Program-made: the position numbers and the translations under genes
Shown here: positions 39,761 through 48,423 of the stretch, piece by piece
Numbering within the stretch: the first letter of the stretch is position 1
Layout: each line of letters opens with the position of its first letter
Source of the DNA: Cenarchaeum sp.
GTDB taxonomy: Archaea > Thermoproteota > Nitrososphaeria > Nitrososphaerales > Nitrosopumilaceae
Length of the DNA: 64,000 nucleotides
Reading direction: 5' to 3'
Assembly: GCA_963692915.1 (NCBI GenBank)
Contig: OY843584.1
Span: forward strand, 1,248,001-1,312,000
Notes under the pieces: generated by a model
Told to the model about the DNA's origin: nothing
The model's database searches: none
Seen by the model: the letters and a program-made list of their open reading frames with translations, nothing else

Positions 39761-40240
39761 GTGGGCAGAGTGGACAACACTAGATCTGGAAAACTGCCCC
39801 TCTTTTGCACGGTAGGCGAGTTCATCGGGGAATTTCAGCGGCTAGAAGACGATCTAGTGCGGTGGATAACACTGCTTCAAAATCTCCAGACTGATGGGGC
39901 ACGTAACAAAAAAACAGAACAAGACATACGCACATTACATAAAGCCTTTAAAGACAAATGTGATGCCTTAGAAGAGATCATAGAGCCGCATGTCATTGGC
40001 AACCCTGAAGAAAAGTCCAAGTTGCAGAAGCTTTTAGATCGGATTGATACGATGCGGAGGAAGCGGAACATTGTGGTTCACGCAAGCCAGAAAATAGAGA
40101 CAGCAACGGTCGTGAATAACGGAGAGATTGTCAGTGAGGCGGAAATTATGGAGATGCGCAATGAAATACGAAGCATTTGGGAGGAGTTTGAAGCCCTGAT
40201 CCGTGGGGTGATCAAGCCTCCCACAAACGACTCCCCATAG
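39761..40240 (+). CDS. HEPN-like helical protein
   Basis: N-terminal FQRLE helix and RNIVVH (RxxxxH); AT-rich. Confidence 0.6.
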   Translation: MGRVDNTRSGKLPLFCTVGEFIGEFQRLEDDLVRWITLLQNLQTDGARNKKTEQDIRTLHKAFKDKCDALEEIIEPHVIGNPEEKSKLQKLLDRIDTMRRKRNIVVHASQKIETATVVNNGEIVSEAEIMEMRNEIRSIWEEFEALIRGVIKPPTNDSP

Positions 40241-40327
40241 GATCAGGCAGGTCAAAGGTGCAGTCGAACCGGCCGCCTGTCCCGTCACATATCTCATCTC
40301 GCAGCACATACCCATAGACCTACCAAG

Positions 40328-40402
40328 AGGGCTCGGAGGGCTTCGATCCCTCGATCTGGCGGTCCGAAGCCGCCCGCACTATCCTGACTGTGCCACGAGT
40401 CC
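40328..40402 (-). tRNA. tRNA-Arg(TCG)
   Basis: Reverse complement folds: GGACTCG/CGAGCCC, D stem GCAC/GTGC, stem GGCGG/CCGCC with loop CTTCGGA, T stem GAGGG/CCCTC. Confidence 0.9.
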
Positions 40403-40442
40403 GCCCAAGCGATAATATCAGAGTGCTAAAAGTCTTGCACCA

Positions 40443-41618
40443 ATGAAGGTCTCAAGAAAGGTGATGGGCGTAGAGTATGCCATACGCGACATAGTCGCCG
40501 AGGCCCAGAGGCTAGAGAGCGCAGGCCGGCAGGTCACGTACCTCAACATCGGCGACCCGCCGTGGTACGGCTTTCAGCCGCCGCGCGAGGTTCTCGAGGC
40601 CCTCACGCGGGCCGCACTAGACGGCCACACACACTATGCGCCGTCAGAGGGAATCGCCGAGCTGCGATCCGAGATTGCAAAAAAAGAGGCCGCAAAGGGC
40701 CTTGACTGCGGGCCGGACGACATTCTGGTGACAAACGGCGTCTCAGAGGCCCTTGACATGGTCATATCGTCGATAGTCGAGGACGGCGACGAGGTTCTCT
40801 TGCCCGGCCCGTACTATCCGCCATACGCGTCGTATATCCGCCTCCACGGTGGCGTGCCAGTAGAGTTTGCCACAGACCTCGAGTCCTCGAGTCTGGACAT
40901 TGAGGACATTCGCTCAAAGATAACTGAGCGAACCGTCGCAATCTGCCTCATAAACCCAAACAACCCGTCAGGCACGGTATTTGGCAAGGCCGACCTTGCG
41001 CGCATAGTCGACATTGCCGCCGAGCACGACATGTATGTCATATGCGACGAGATATACGACGAGATAGTATTTGACGGGGAGTTTGCCGGCATCGGCAGCG
41101 TTGCGCGCGACGCCGGAGTCATCGTCCTCAACGGGTTCTCCAAGGGTCACCTCATGACTGGCTTTCGCGCCGGATACATGGCGTTCTCGCGAACCCCAAA
41201 GCTCGACGCAATCCGCGAGCACCTGCCAAAGCTTGCTCGCGTGCGCATTGCCGCATGCCTCCCCGTTCAGCACGCCGCACTAGCCTCGTTACGCGGTTCA
41301 CGCGAACACTTTGGCGAGTTCGTCTCGCAGGTCAAGGAGAGACGTGATGTCATCGTGCGCGGCCTCAACTCGATTCCCGGCATATCGTGCTCTAGCCCGC
41401 GCGGTGCGTTCTATGCGTTTCCGCGCATAGAGGACGAACGGTTTGTCGATGACCGCAAGTTCGTCCTCGGCCTACTCGAGTCAAAGGGCATACTCACCGT
41501 CCATGGGTCTGGGTTTGGCAAGACGTACGGCTCGGGGCACTTTCGCATCGTGTTTCTTGCGTCGCCTAGCACGCTAGAGGGCGCAGTCGAGGCCATACGC
41601 TCGTACATGGCTCAATAG
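40443..41618 (+). CDS. Class I/II PLP aminotransferase (alanine aminotransferase-like)
   Basis: YAIRD, LNIGDP, NGVSE, NPNNPSG, DEIYD, NGFSK...GFRAGY. Confidence 0.92.
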   Translation: MKVSRKVMGVEYAIRDIVAEAQRLESAGRQVTYLNIGDPPWYGFQPPREVLEALTRAALDGHTHYAPSEGIAELRSEIAKKEAAKGLDCGPDDILVTNGVSEALDMVISSIVEDGDEVLLPGPYYPPYASYIRLHGGVPVEFATDLESSSLDIEDIRSKITERTVAICLINPNNPSGTVFGKADLARIVDIAAEHDMYVICDEIYDEIVFDGEFAGIGSVARDAGVIVLNGFSKGHLMTGFRAGYMAFSRTPKLDAIREHLPKLARVRIAACLPVQHAALASLRGSREHFGEFVSQVKERRDVIVRGLNSIPGISCSSPRGAFYAFPRIEDERFVDDRKFVLGLLESKGILTVHGSGFGKTYGSGHFRIVFLASPSTLEGAVEAIRSYMAQ

Positions 41619-42013
41619 GACCACGAGGAGACGTGCTCTATGGATATCTCGATGGCACAGTCGGTTCCGTCAAGCAGCTCGCGCGCGCTCTTCGAGTCGG
41701 CATCCATGTATCTTGAGATGATGCGCCTAGCTATCTCCTTGGCCCTGCCCGGCTCGTCCACAAGTTGTGCGGCGCCAGAGCCGGCAACGCCGCGCACGCC
41801 GGGTGAGCGCACGCCGACGTCAACGCAGAATGCGGCGCGCCTGCTTGCGGCGACGTTCTTTGCCTTTGTTGTGCTCGAGTGCGTCCCTATGCGTATCGTA
41901 TTGCCGTCGAGCTCGTACCAGACTGGAACGACGTGCGGCTCGCCGGCCGAGGATACCGTTGCGAGGCGCATCGTCACACCAGCTCGCAGGAACGCAGCTA
42001 TCTTTTCATCCAT
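41612..42013 (-). CDS. Pyridoxamine 5'-phosphate oxidase-like (split beta-barrel) protein
   Basis: LATV...GEPHVVPVWY, KAKNV. Confidence 0.85.
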   Translation of the reverse strand: MDEKIAAFLRAGVTMRLATVSSAGEPHVVPVWYELDGNTIRIGTHSSTTKAKNVAASRRAAFCVDVGVRSPGVRGVAGSGAAQLVDEPGRAKEIARRIISRYMDADSKSARELLDGTDCAIEISIEHVSSWSY

Positions 42014-42204
42014 CGCCTGCGAACCCCATAGATTGCGAGTGCTGCGCCAAAGGCGGCCATTGCAGCAGACACCTTTTCGTTTGTCAGCTCGCCATTGACA
42101 AGATAGTCATAAAAGAACTCTGGCCCCACCAGGACTAGCTGGCGGGCGAAGACGATGCCTGCTGAGACGATAAAGAGAATTCCCATGGCGACGTGCCAGG
42201 TCAT
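41998..42204 (-). CDS. Small membrane protein
   Basis: Two TM helices; operonic position. Confidence 0.65.
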   Translation of the reverse strand: MTWHVAMGILFIVSAGIVFARQLVLVGPEFFYDYLVNGELTNEKVSAAMAAFGAALAIYGVRRRWMKR

Positions 42205-42234
42205 GCGGGTATGTTCGCCGTCGCGCATTCTCGC

Positions 42235-42909
42235 TCAGACGAGCTTTATTCCAGGACTCTTTAGCTTGTTGCGGATCATTGCGTTGAGGAGAAGCGGTGT
42301 GGCAACTTCGGCCATGTACGCAAGACTGCCGCCGCCGAGGCGCAACGCGCGAAGACCCTCAATGTCCGAGACGAGCGAGCAGACCGCATCAACGCACTCT
42401 GCAGAATCACCGCACACGAATATGTCATAGTCAAGCGCGCGCGCGGGGTCGGCGAGCTTTTTCTCGGATATGACATGAAACGCCGAGACAAGCCTAGTTG
42501 CATCACGCATATGGGCTGCGACTGACTCGTGTGCAGTCTTTTTGCGGTCGCGAAACGGCACAAACTCAAATCCGACATCTGTCTTTTCCATCGGCACGAT
42601 AGGCGATATGACGATGCAAGAGTCGCGCGTGAGGGGAAGGAGGCTCGAGCACACGGCATCAATGTTCTCGTATGGTATCGAGAGGACGAGCGCGTCGGCG
42701 GCGGCTGCGACATCCTCATTGGACGCCCCAGAGATATTGGCCGCTGCCTGCGAGCCCACTGCGTCTCCGGCGATCGTCGCATACTCGGAGGCCGACGCGC
42801 TAGCCCGCTCGGCGTCGCGTGACCCTATGATGACCTCGTGGTGCGCGGCCCACCGGAGCGCAAATCCCCGGCCCATCGCGCCGGTTCCGCCGATAATTCC
42901 AATCTTCAC
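42235..42909 (-). CDS. npdG: NADPH-dependent F420 reductase
   Basis: KIGIIGGTGAMGRG.A.RWA, GSRD, VSAFH; GTG start. Confidence 0.9.
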   Translation of the reverse strand: MKIGIIGGTGAMGRGFALRWAAHHEVIIGSRDAERASASASEYATIAGDAVGSQAAANISGASNEDVAAAADALVLSIPYENIDAVCSSLLPLTRDSCIVISPIVPMEKTDVGFEFVPFRDRKKTAHESVAAHMRDATRLVSAFHVISEKKLADPARALDYDIFVCGDSAECVDAVCSLVSDIEGLRALRLGGGSLAYMAEVATPLLLNAMIRNKLKSPGIKLV

Positions 42910-42966
42910 GGTGCGGCAAGCGATAATCTTATTATTATCTCTAGCGGGCAGGCGAGGTAAGTCCCA

Positions 42967-43590
42967 ATGGCATCTATCGTCTTTATGCGCCACGGGCAGG
43001 CCGAGAACAACACAAAACGCGTGCTCGCAGGGCGCACTGGAGGAGTCAAGCTCACAGAGCTCGGAAGGAGGCAGGCCGAGGGCGCTTCGCGCCTAGTCGA
43101 GGAGATGGGCATCGGCGCGATATACTGCAGTCCGATCGAGCGAGCCCTCCACACCGCCGAGATCGCCGGCGGACGGGCCGGCATACAGCCCACCGTCGAT
43201 GAGCGCCTCACGGAGCTGGAGATGGGCCAGTTCACCGGCATGCGCTATGACGAGATAGCCTCGCTCCACGGAAACGTCTTTTTCAAGTTCTACAGCGGCG
43301 ACGTCGAGATAGCGCGTAGTGGTGTCGAGACCTTTGAGAGCGTCCGCGAGCGCGTGCGCTCGGTCGCCGCCGACGTTGCCGCAAGGCATCCGGACACCGG
43401 CGTCCTCCTCGTGACCCACATGGACCCAATAAAGGCGATGCTTGCTGACACGATGGGCCTGTCTGCGGAACTCCTCACCAAGATGATCATCGCCAACGCG
43501 TCGATGACCGTGTTTGGCCGGGGCACGGACTCGCTTTATGCGCGCGCCGTCAATGTCGTCGAGCCTGCGCGCTATGCGCAGGACTGGTAG
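42967..43590 (+). CDS. Histidine phosphatase family protein
   Basis: RHG, SPIERALHTA, LLVTH. Confidence 0.9.
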   Translation: MASIVFMRHGQAENNTKRVLAGRTGGVKLTELGRRQAEGASRLVEEMGIGAIYCSPIERALHTAEIAGGRAGIQPTVDERLTELEMGQFTGMRYDEIASLHGNVFFKFYSGDVEIARSGVETFESVRERVRSVAADVAARHPDTGVLLVTHMDPIKAMLADTMGLSAELLTKMIIANASMTVFGRGTDSLYARAVNVVEPARYAQDW

Positions 43591-44314
43591 GATCAGGATC
43601 GTCCCCGAGTGCGGCCTCGCCAATCTCGCACATTTGCCGAACCGTGCGAGTCACCTTTTCGCTTGCCATCTCGCGCATCCACGGGCCTGCATCACGGACT
43701 GTTGGAACGCACACGTGCGCGTCTGCGACGAGTATGACGAGGGACTCGGGAATGTCGCCCATGGTCTCTGACCACATGTGCGCATATGCTGCAGCCTGGA
43801 GAAATGCGTCAGGGTGTGCCGGCGCAGTGCCTGCGTTGCGCGGTGGCCTTGCAGGGGCGGTGACGGATCTGCGCGTCTTGTGATCGATTACTGCGAGCTT
43901 GCCATCCCAGAACGCGATTAGATCCACGGTTCCGCCAATCCGGCGAGCCACGCTCACGAGATTCTGCTCGACGGCCTGCACGTCAGCAGCAGAACGGTCC
44001 AGCTCGCGCGCAATGTTTCTTGCAATGTGTGTGGCCTCTGGCGGATCGCCGTCGTGTGGCACCATCTCTGCGCCGCGCGCGTGCTCGGCGACCATCCGGT
44101 GGGTCGCATTGCCGACGCTGATCCTCGCCTTGTCAGGTGCGCGCCGGTGCGCAGTGAACGTGCGCCGTGCGGAGTCGATGCAGAGTCGGCCGGTGAGGGC
44201 ATCGATGAGCGTGCGAACCGTGACGAGGAGGCGCGCATCAGGATCGCGATAAAACCGCGCATCGCCGACATAGGCCATCGTGTGGCCTGCCAGGCCCTCA
44301 ACGCTCTCACTCAT
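43550..44314 (-). CDS. PD-(D/E)XK exonuclease-like protein (RecB/MGME1/phage type)
   Basis: GNATH, VEQNL, GGTVDLI, VIDHKT, LQAAAYA. Confidence 0.82.
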   Translation of the reverse strand: MSESVEGLAGHTMAYVGDARFYRDPDARLLVTVRTLIDALTGRLCIDSARRTFTAHRRAPDKARISVGNATHRMVAEHARGAEMVPHDGDPPEATHIARNIARELDRSAADVQAVEQNLVSVARRIGGTVDLIAFWDGKLAVIDHKTRRSVTAPARPPRNAGTAPAHPDAFLQAAAYAHMWSETMGDIPESLVILVADAHVCVPTVRDAGPWMREMASEKVTRTVRQMCEIGEAALGDDPDPTSPAHSAQARRH

Positions 44315-44443
44315 GGCAGGGCGTGTTGCAGGGGGGTCGGTTATGTGTTGCGGGGACGTGCGGCCGGTCTCCGGCCGCATGGCCTGCTAGGAAAAATAGG
44401 AAAGGGCTTTGAGCCTATTCGTTGACGTATGCGCGCTCGCCGT
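44262..44443. repeat. ~180-bp direct repeat, copy 1
   Basis: Matches 44936-45118 with roughly a dozen differences; contains amt 3' end, spacer and nuclease 5' end. Confidence 0.95.
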
Positions 44444-44533
44444 CAACGTCGTAGAGCCTCGCGTCGTAGACAAGAGCAGCAGCATCCCCTATGATTTCAT
44501 GATCTCATGAGCTGTTATTGACGCACAATAAAG

Positions 44534-44803
44534 TTAGTTGGTCGGATTAACGTCATCTTTGCGCCAATACTTGCCACGGCAAATTGGACAAGCTTTAGAC
44601 GTAGCTAATCTCATTAATGGAAATACTAGAATGGCCAATAGAAAAACCCAGAGGCTAAACCCGCTCAAAATACTCATAGAGAACAGCATGTTAGTAGCAA
44701 TCGCCAGAATAACAATAGTAAGAAACACACCGCCTATTTTTTGTCCTGTCGAAAAATACTTTTGAGGAGCCACGTCTTGCTTGCAATTGTTACAGTATTT
44801 CAT
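44534..44803 (-). CDS. Small membrane zinc-ribbon protein (CxxC-2TM-CxxC, LITAF-like)
   Basis: YCNNCKQ, hydrophobic hairpin, CPICRG; very AT-rich. Confidence 0.75.
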   Translation of the reverse strand: MKYCNNCKQDVAPQKYFSTGQKIGGVFLTIVILAIATNMLFSMSILSGFSLWVFLLAILVFPLMRLATSKACPICRGKYWRKDDVNPTN

Positions 44804-44935
44804 AAGTCAGAGCCCTTAGCGATGGTCAATAGAGGTGGCGTTTTAAGGATATTCTTTAATCATGGCAAGTCACACACTATTGACAAGGAAATGCGAGATC
44901 TCTTGATGCTTTTACGATGTAGTGCATATGCCAAC

Positions 44936-45118
44936 TCGCCGACATAGGCCATCGTGTGGCCTGCCAGGCCCTCGACGCTCTCACTCATGGCAGGGCATGC
45001 CGCCAGGGGGCAGGTTATGTGTTGCGGGGACGTGCGGCCGGTCTCCGGCCGCATGGCCTGTTAGGAAAAATAGGAAAAGGATTTTGAGCCTATTCGTTGA
45101 CGTATGCGCGCTCGCCGT
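44936..45118. repeat. ~180-bp direct repeat, copy 2
   Basis: See copy 1; this copy overlaps the functional amt stop codon. Confidence 0.95.
45033..45086 (-). terminator. Putative amt terminator (pyrimidine tract followed by a 9-bp hairpin)
   Basis: Minus-strand TTTTCCTATTTTTCC after the stop; TGCGGCCGG-TCT-CCGGCCGCA at 45033-45053. Confidence 0.5.
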
Positions 45119-46655
45119 GCTGTGCAAGGTCGAGGCCGAGCTCCTCCTCTTTTGGAGTGACTCGAATCCCGCCAGGCCAGACTGCATCCATGATCTTTAG
45201 GATCACGATTGTGACGCCAAAGGCATACGCGATCGAGATGGCAGCGCCGATTATGCTAATCGCCTGCTGTTCCATCCCTTCGGGAGTGCCCGTCCATGCG
45301 CCTATTCCGTCACCGGTATCCCAGATATGTGGACTTGCAAGTGTTCCTGTCAGTATTGCGCCAGTCAGGCCGCCCATTCCATGGACACCCCAGACATCAA
45401 GTGCGTCGTCCCACTTGCGTGCATTCTTGAAGGAGATGCATGCATAGCAGATGGTACCTGCCGCGATCCCGATGATTATCGAGGCCATCGGGCCAACCCA
45501 GCCAGAGGCCGGGGTGATTGCGACGAGTCCCGCGACTGCGCCTGTTGCTGCGCCGACTATGCTAGGCTTGCCGGTGTGTGCCCACGACATGAGGACCCAC
45601 GTCACTGCTGCAACGCCGGTGGCGGTGTTTGTCACCACCCACGCGCTAACCGTGATTCCGTCCACCATGACCTCGCTGCCGGCGTTAAAGCCAAACCAGC
45701 CAAACCATAGAATCGAGGCTCCTAGGACGACCATCGGGATGTTGTGGGGCTCCATTGGAACCTTGCCAAACCCGAGTCTTCGTCCCAGTATTATTGCTCC
45801 AGCCAAAGCCGAAAAGCCCGACGATATGTGGACAACGGTGCCGCCTGCAAAGTCAAGTGCGTAGCTTGGGGAGAGTTCTGGATTTAGGTCCAGCGATCCG
45901 CCGCCGATATATCCGCCGCCCCATACCCAGTGGGCAATGGGGTCATAGACGAATGTCCCCCAGAGGAGGACAAATATCACCAGCGCGCTGAACTTTATGC
46001 GGTCGATCAGTCCACCAACAATTAGTGCCGGCGTTATGATCGCAAAGGTTCCCTGGAATGCAGCGAATAGCTGGTGCGGGATTGTCCCTGGCCAACTTAC
46101 ACTGCATACCTCGCCTTCCTTGAACTCCTGCATCTGGTACGCGTACGACCAAGTGTCCTCACATGGCCCCGCCTCGCCAATTGGCGCATAGGGTGAGACC
46201 ATATTCAGTCCAACATAATCGAGGCTTCCCATGAACAGGTTTGCGTCGCTGCCTTCCGGTATCGGCCCAAAGGCCAACGAGTACCCAAAGGCAACCCACT
46301 GGAACGCCATGAGACCCATTATTACAAAGGTCATTCCGATGACGTTTACAGCGTTCTTTGATCGTGCGAGGCCGCCATAGAAGAAGGCAACTCCGGGCGT
46401 CATAAAGAGAACCATCGAGGATGCAGTCAGCATCCAGGCGGTGTCACCGGTGTCGATCTTGCATGGCAGCATTGAGCCATCCTCCTCGTACCAGCACTCG
46501 TTTTCGTTGCCCGTGTAGATGCCGCTAGTTCCCATGACATAGCCGTCCATTCCGTCCGTGACTTGCTGCGCATATGCCTGACCCATGGCCGCCGTCGCCG
46601 TTAGGGCGACTGCTGCCACGAGCAGTATCGCATACTTGCGGTTGTGTGTAGTCAT
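45090..46655 (-). CDS. amt: Ammonium transporter
   Basis: GDTAWML, FMTPG..FFYGG, DFAGGTVVH, WFGWFGFNAGS, DDALDVWGVHG, EEELGLD..HGERAY. Confidence 0.97.
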   Translation of the reverse strand: MTTHNRKYAILLVAAVALTATAAMGQAYAQQVTDGMDGYVMGTSGIYTGNENECWYEEDGSMLPCKIDTGDTAWMLTASSMVLFMTPGVAFFYGGLARSKNAVNVIGMTFVIMGLMAFQWVAFGYSLAFGPIPEGSDANLFMGSLDYVGLNMVSPYAPIGEAGPCEDTWSYAYQMQEFKEGEVCSVSWPGTIPHQLFAAFQGTFAIITPALIVGGLIDRIKFSALVIFVLLWGTFVYDPIAHWVWGGGYIGGGSLDLNPELSPSYALDFAGGTVVHISSGFSALAGAIILGRRLGFGKVPMEPHNIPMVVLGASILWFGWFGFNAGSEVMVDGITVSAWVVTNTATGVAAVTWVLMSWAHTGKPSIVGAATGAVAGLVAITPASGWVGPMASIIIGIAAGTICYACISFKNARKWDDALDVWGVHGMGGLTGAILTGTLASPHIWDTGDGIGAWTGTPEGMEQQAISIIGAAISIAYAFGVTIVILKIMDAVWPGGIRVTPKEEELGLDLAQHGERAYVNE

Positions 46656-46754
46656 TGCCTCGTTAAGATGGCGATATTTATTTAAGCATTGGTCAATTTT
46701 ATGGCCATTTTTAGAAAATAATTATATTCTAGTGGATTGTGATACTATGACATC

Positions 46755-47462
46755 ATGGCAGGCACGAGGCGCGGGGGGAGCCCACGGGGGCACCTCTCCG
46801 TGCTAGACGAGTTCAAGACGCGGCGGGGCAAGCCCACGGGGACGGCCCTCAGGCAGAGGGCGATCCTCGGCGCGCTTGCCGCAGGCGGCGAGCCAGCCGA
46901 GAGGACCCGGACCGGCATAGCGCAGCGCGTCACTGACGGGGGCAGCGCGAGGTGGAAGAACGTCTACTCGGGGGTGTTTCAGGACATCGACGGTGCCCTC
47001 ATCCCCCTGGGCCTCGTCGAGGAGGCCGGACGCATCCCGCCACGCCGTGGGCCACGAGCCCTCCTCGAGAGCGGCATACCATACTATCACGTAACGCGGG
47101 CCGGCGCGCTAGTTGCGCTGGCCTTTGGCGATGACGAGGGCCTCAAGGAGCGCGTCGCGGCGTTCTTTGCCGAGTCTGGCGGCGAGGAGGCGCGCATCGG
47201 GCGTGCCTTTACAATCCTGGCAGAGTTTGCGCCGCGCCTTGCGCGCGCTATCCTTATCGGACACGTCAAAGAGTTCTGTGAGGGTCGTCAGCGCCGGCTT
47301 GTTCCCGTAACGACTGAAAAGCTTGGTGCGGCCGCCGGTGCAGAGACGCGCGCAAGCGCAGAGTTTCTCTCTGGCGCACTCGAGCTCGATGATGATGCGC
47401 GCACAAGGGTCATCGCGCTATTGCGCACAATATCTGGCGCAGAACCTGCTACGCACACATAG
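46755..47462 (+). CDS. Hypothetical protein divergent from amt, possible winged-helix regulator
   Basis: TRTGIAQR...LIPLGLVEEAG...PYYHVTRAG resembles a wHTH wing. Confidence 0.7.
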   Translation: MAGTRRGGSPRGHLSVLDEFKTRRGKPTGTALRQRAILGALAAGGEPAERTRTGIAQRVTDGGSARWKNVYSGVFQDIDGALIPLGLVEEAGRIPPRRGPRALLESGIPYYHVTRAGALVALAFGDDEGLKERVAAFFAESGGEEARIGRAFTILAEFAPRLARAILIGHVKEFCEGRQRRLVPVTTEKLGAAAGAETRASAEFLSGALELDDDARTRVIALLRTISGAEPATHT

Positions 47463-47517
47463 GTGCACATTGATATTGGCAATGCAATTCCTGTAAAGCT
47501 AGCGTAGACAGCGTTCC

Positions 47518-48423
47518 TTAACGCAGCGCGTCTGCGAGCAGGCCTGACACGTCTACTGCAGCAGCTGATCCTGGAATTGTGTTTGTCGCGACGACTTTTG
47601 ATATTCCGGCGCGCCTCATGTGCGAGCGCGCCGTGCCGATAAGTAGCGCGTGCGTGCATGCGGCATAGACGTGCGCGCAACCAGATGATCGTAGGAACTC
47701 GGCGGCCTGCGATATGCTGCCTCCCGTGCTTATCATGTCATCAACTAGTATGACGTCACGGCCAGATACTCCATCGGCGCGGCGCGTCGTGATCTTTACC
47801 TTGCCCGTACGGCGGTCGCGCTTTTTGGAGAGTGCGATCATGCTACAGCCAAGCTCACGCGCAAAGAGCGCTGCCCTCTGCTCTCCGCCGGCATCAGGTG
47901 AGACTACGAGCCTGTCGCGCATGCGCATCGACGCAAAGTGTGCAGCAAGTGCCGGCGCTGCCGGCACACTCAGCGCGCGAATCCCAAAGTGCGAGCGTGC
48001 CACCTCGCTGTGCAAGTCGACGGTGAGGAGTCCGGCCGCGCCGGCGGCTCGCAAGAGGCGCGCGATCTCTTTCATCGTGACTAGCTCGCCGGAGAGAAAC
48101 GCGCGATCCTGGCGCGCATAGCCCATGTAGGGCACGACTGCTATCGTGCGGCGCGCCGAGGAGGCAGCAGCCGACACGAGGGTCAGCGCATGGAGGAGGT
48201 TTGTGTCAACGGGCGGGTGCGTCGACTGGACGACGATCGCAGTCGAGCCCCGCGGGATCGCACCGCGCAGCGTTAGTCTCGACTCGCCATCAGAGAACGT
48301 GCGAACCGTCGTGCCAACGTATGTTGCGCGCAGCCTGCGCGCGATACGCCGCGCGAGCTCGGAGGATGCTGGCCCGCCTATCACCGTGCGTGGTTCTGTT
48401 GTGCGCAGCGAGTCGCGCCTCAC
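47518..48423 (-). CDS. prs: Ribose-phosphate pyrophosphokinase
   Basis: FSDGE, PYMGYARQDR, VDLHS, SPDAGG, VDDMISTGGS. Confidence 0.95.
   Translation of the reverse strand: MRRDSLRTTEPRTVIGGPASSELARRIARRLRATYVGTTVRTFSDGESRLTLRGAIPRGSTAIVVQSTHPPVDTNLLHALTLVSAAASSARRTIAVVPYMGYARQDRAFLSGELVTMKEIARLLRAAGAAGLLTVDLHSEVARSHFGIRALSVPAAPALAAHFASMRMRDRLVVSPDAGGEQRAALFARELGCSMIALSKKRDRRTGKVKITTRRADGVSGRDVILVDDMISTGGSISQAAEFLRSSGCAHVYAACTHALLIGTARSHMRRAGISKVVATNTIPGSAAAVDVSGLLADALR

Noticed and set aside
40328-40402. tRNA-Arg as a pseudogene (A3:C70 mismatch, T-loop ATCGAAG)
   Set aside because: All other stems pair fully; from memory, A54-type T-loops occur in this phylum's tRNAs
43550-44314. Cas4 assignment for the nuclease
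   Set aside because: Lacks the four-Cys Fe-S cluster motif and any cas context
44860-45054. 64-aa ORF resembling the nuclease N-terminus
   Set aside because: Produced by the duplicated 5' end running into unrelated insert sequence; not an independent gene
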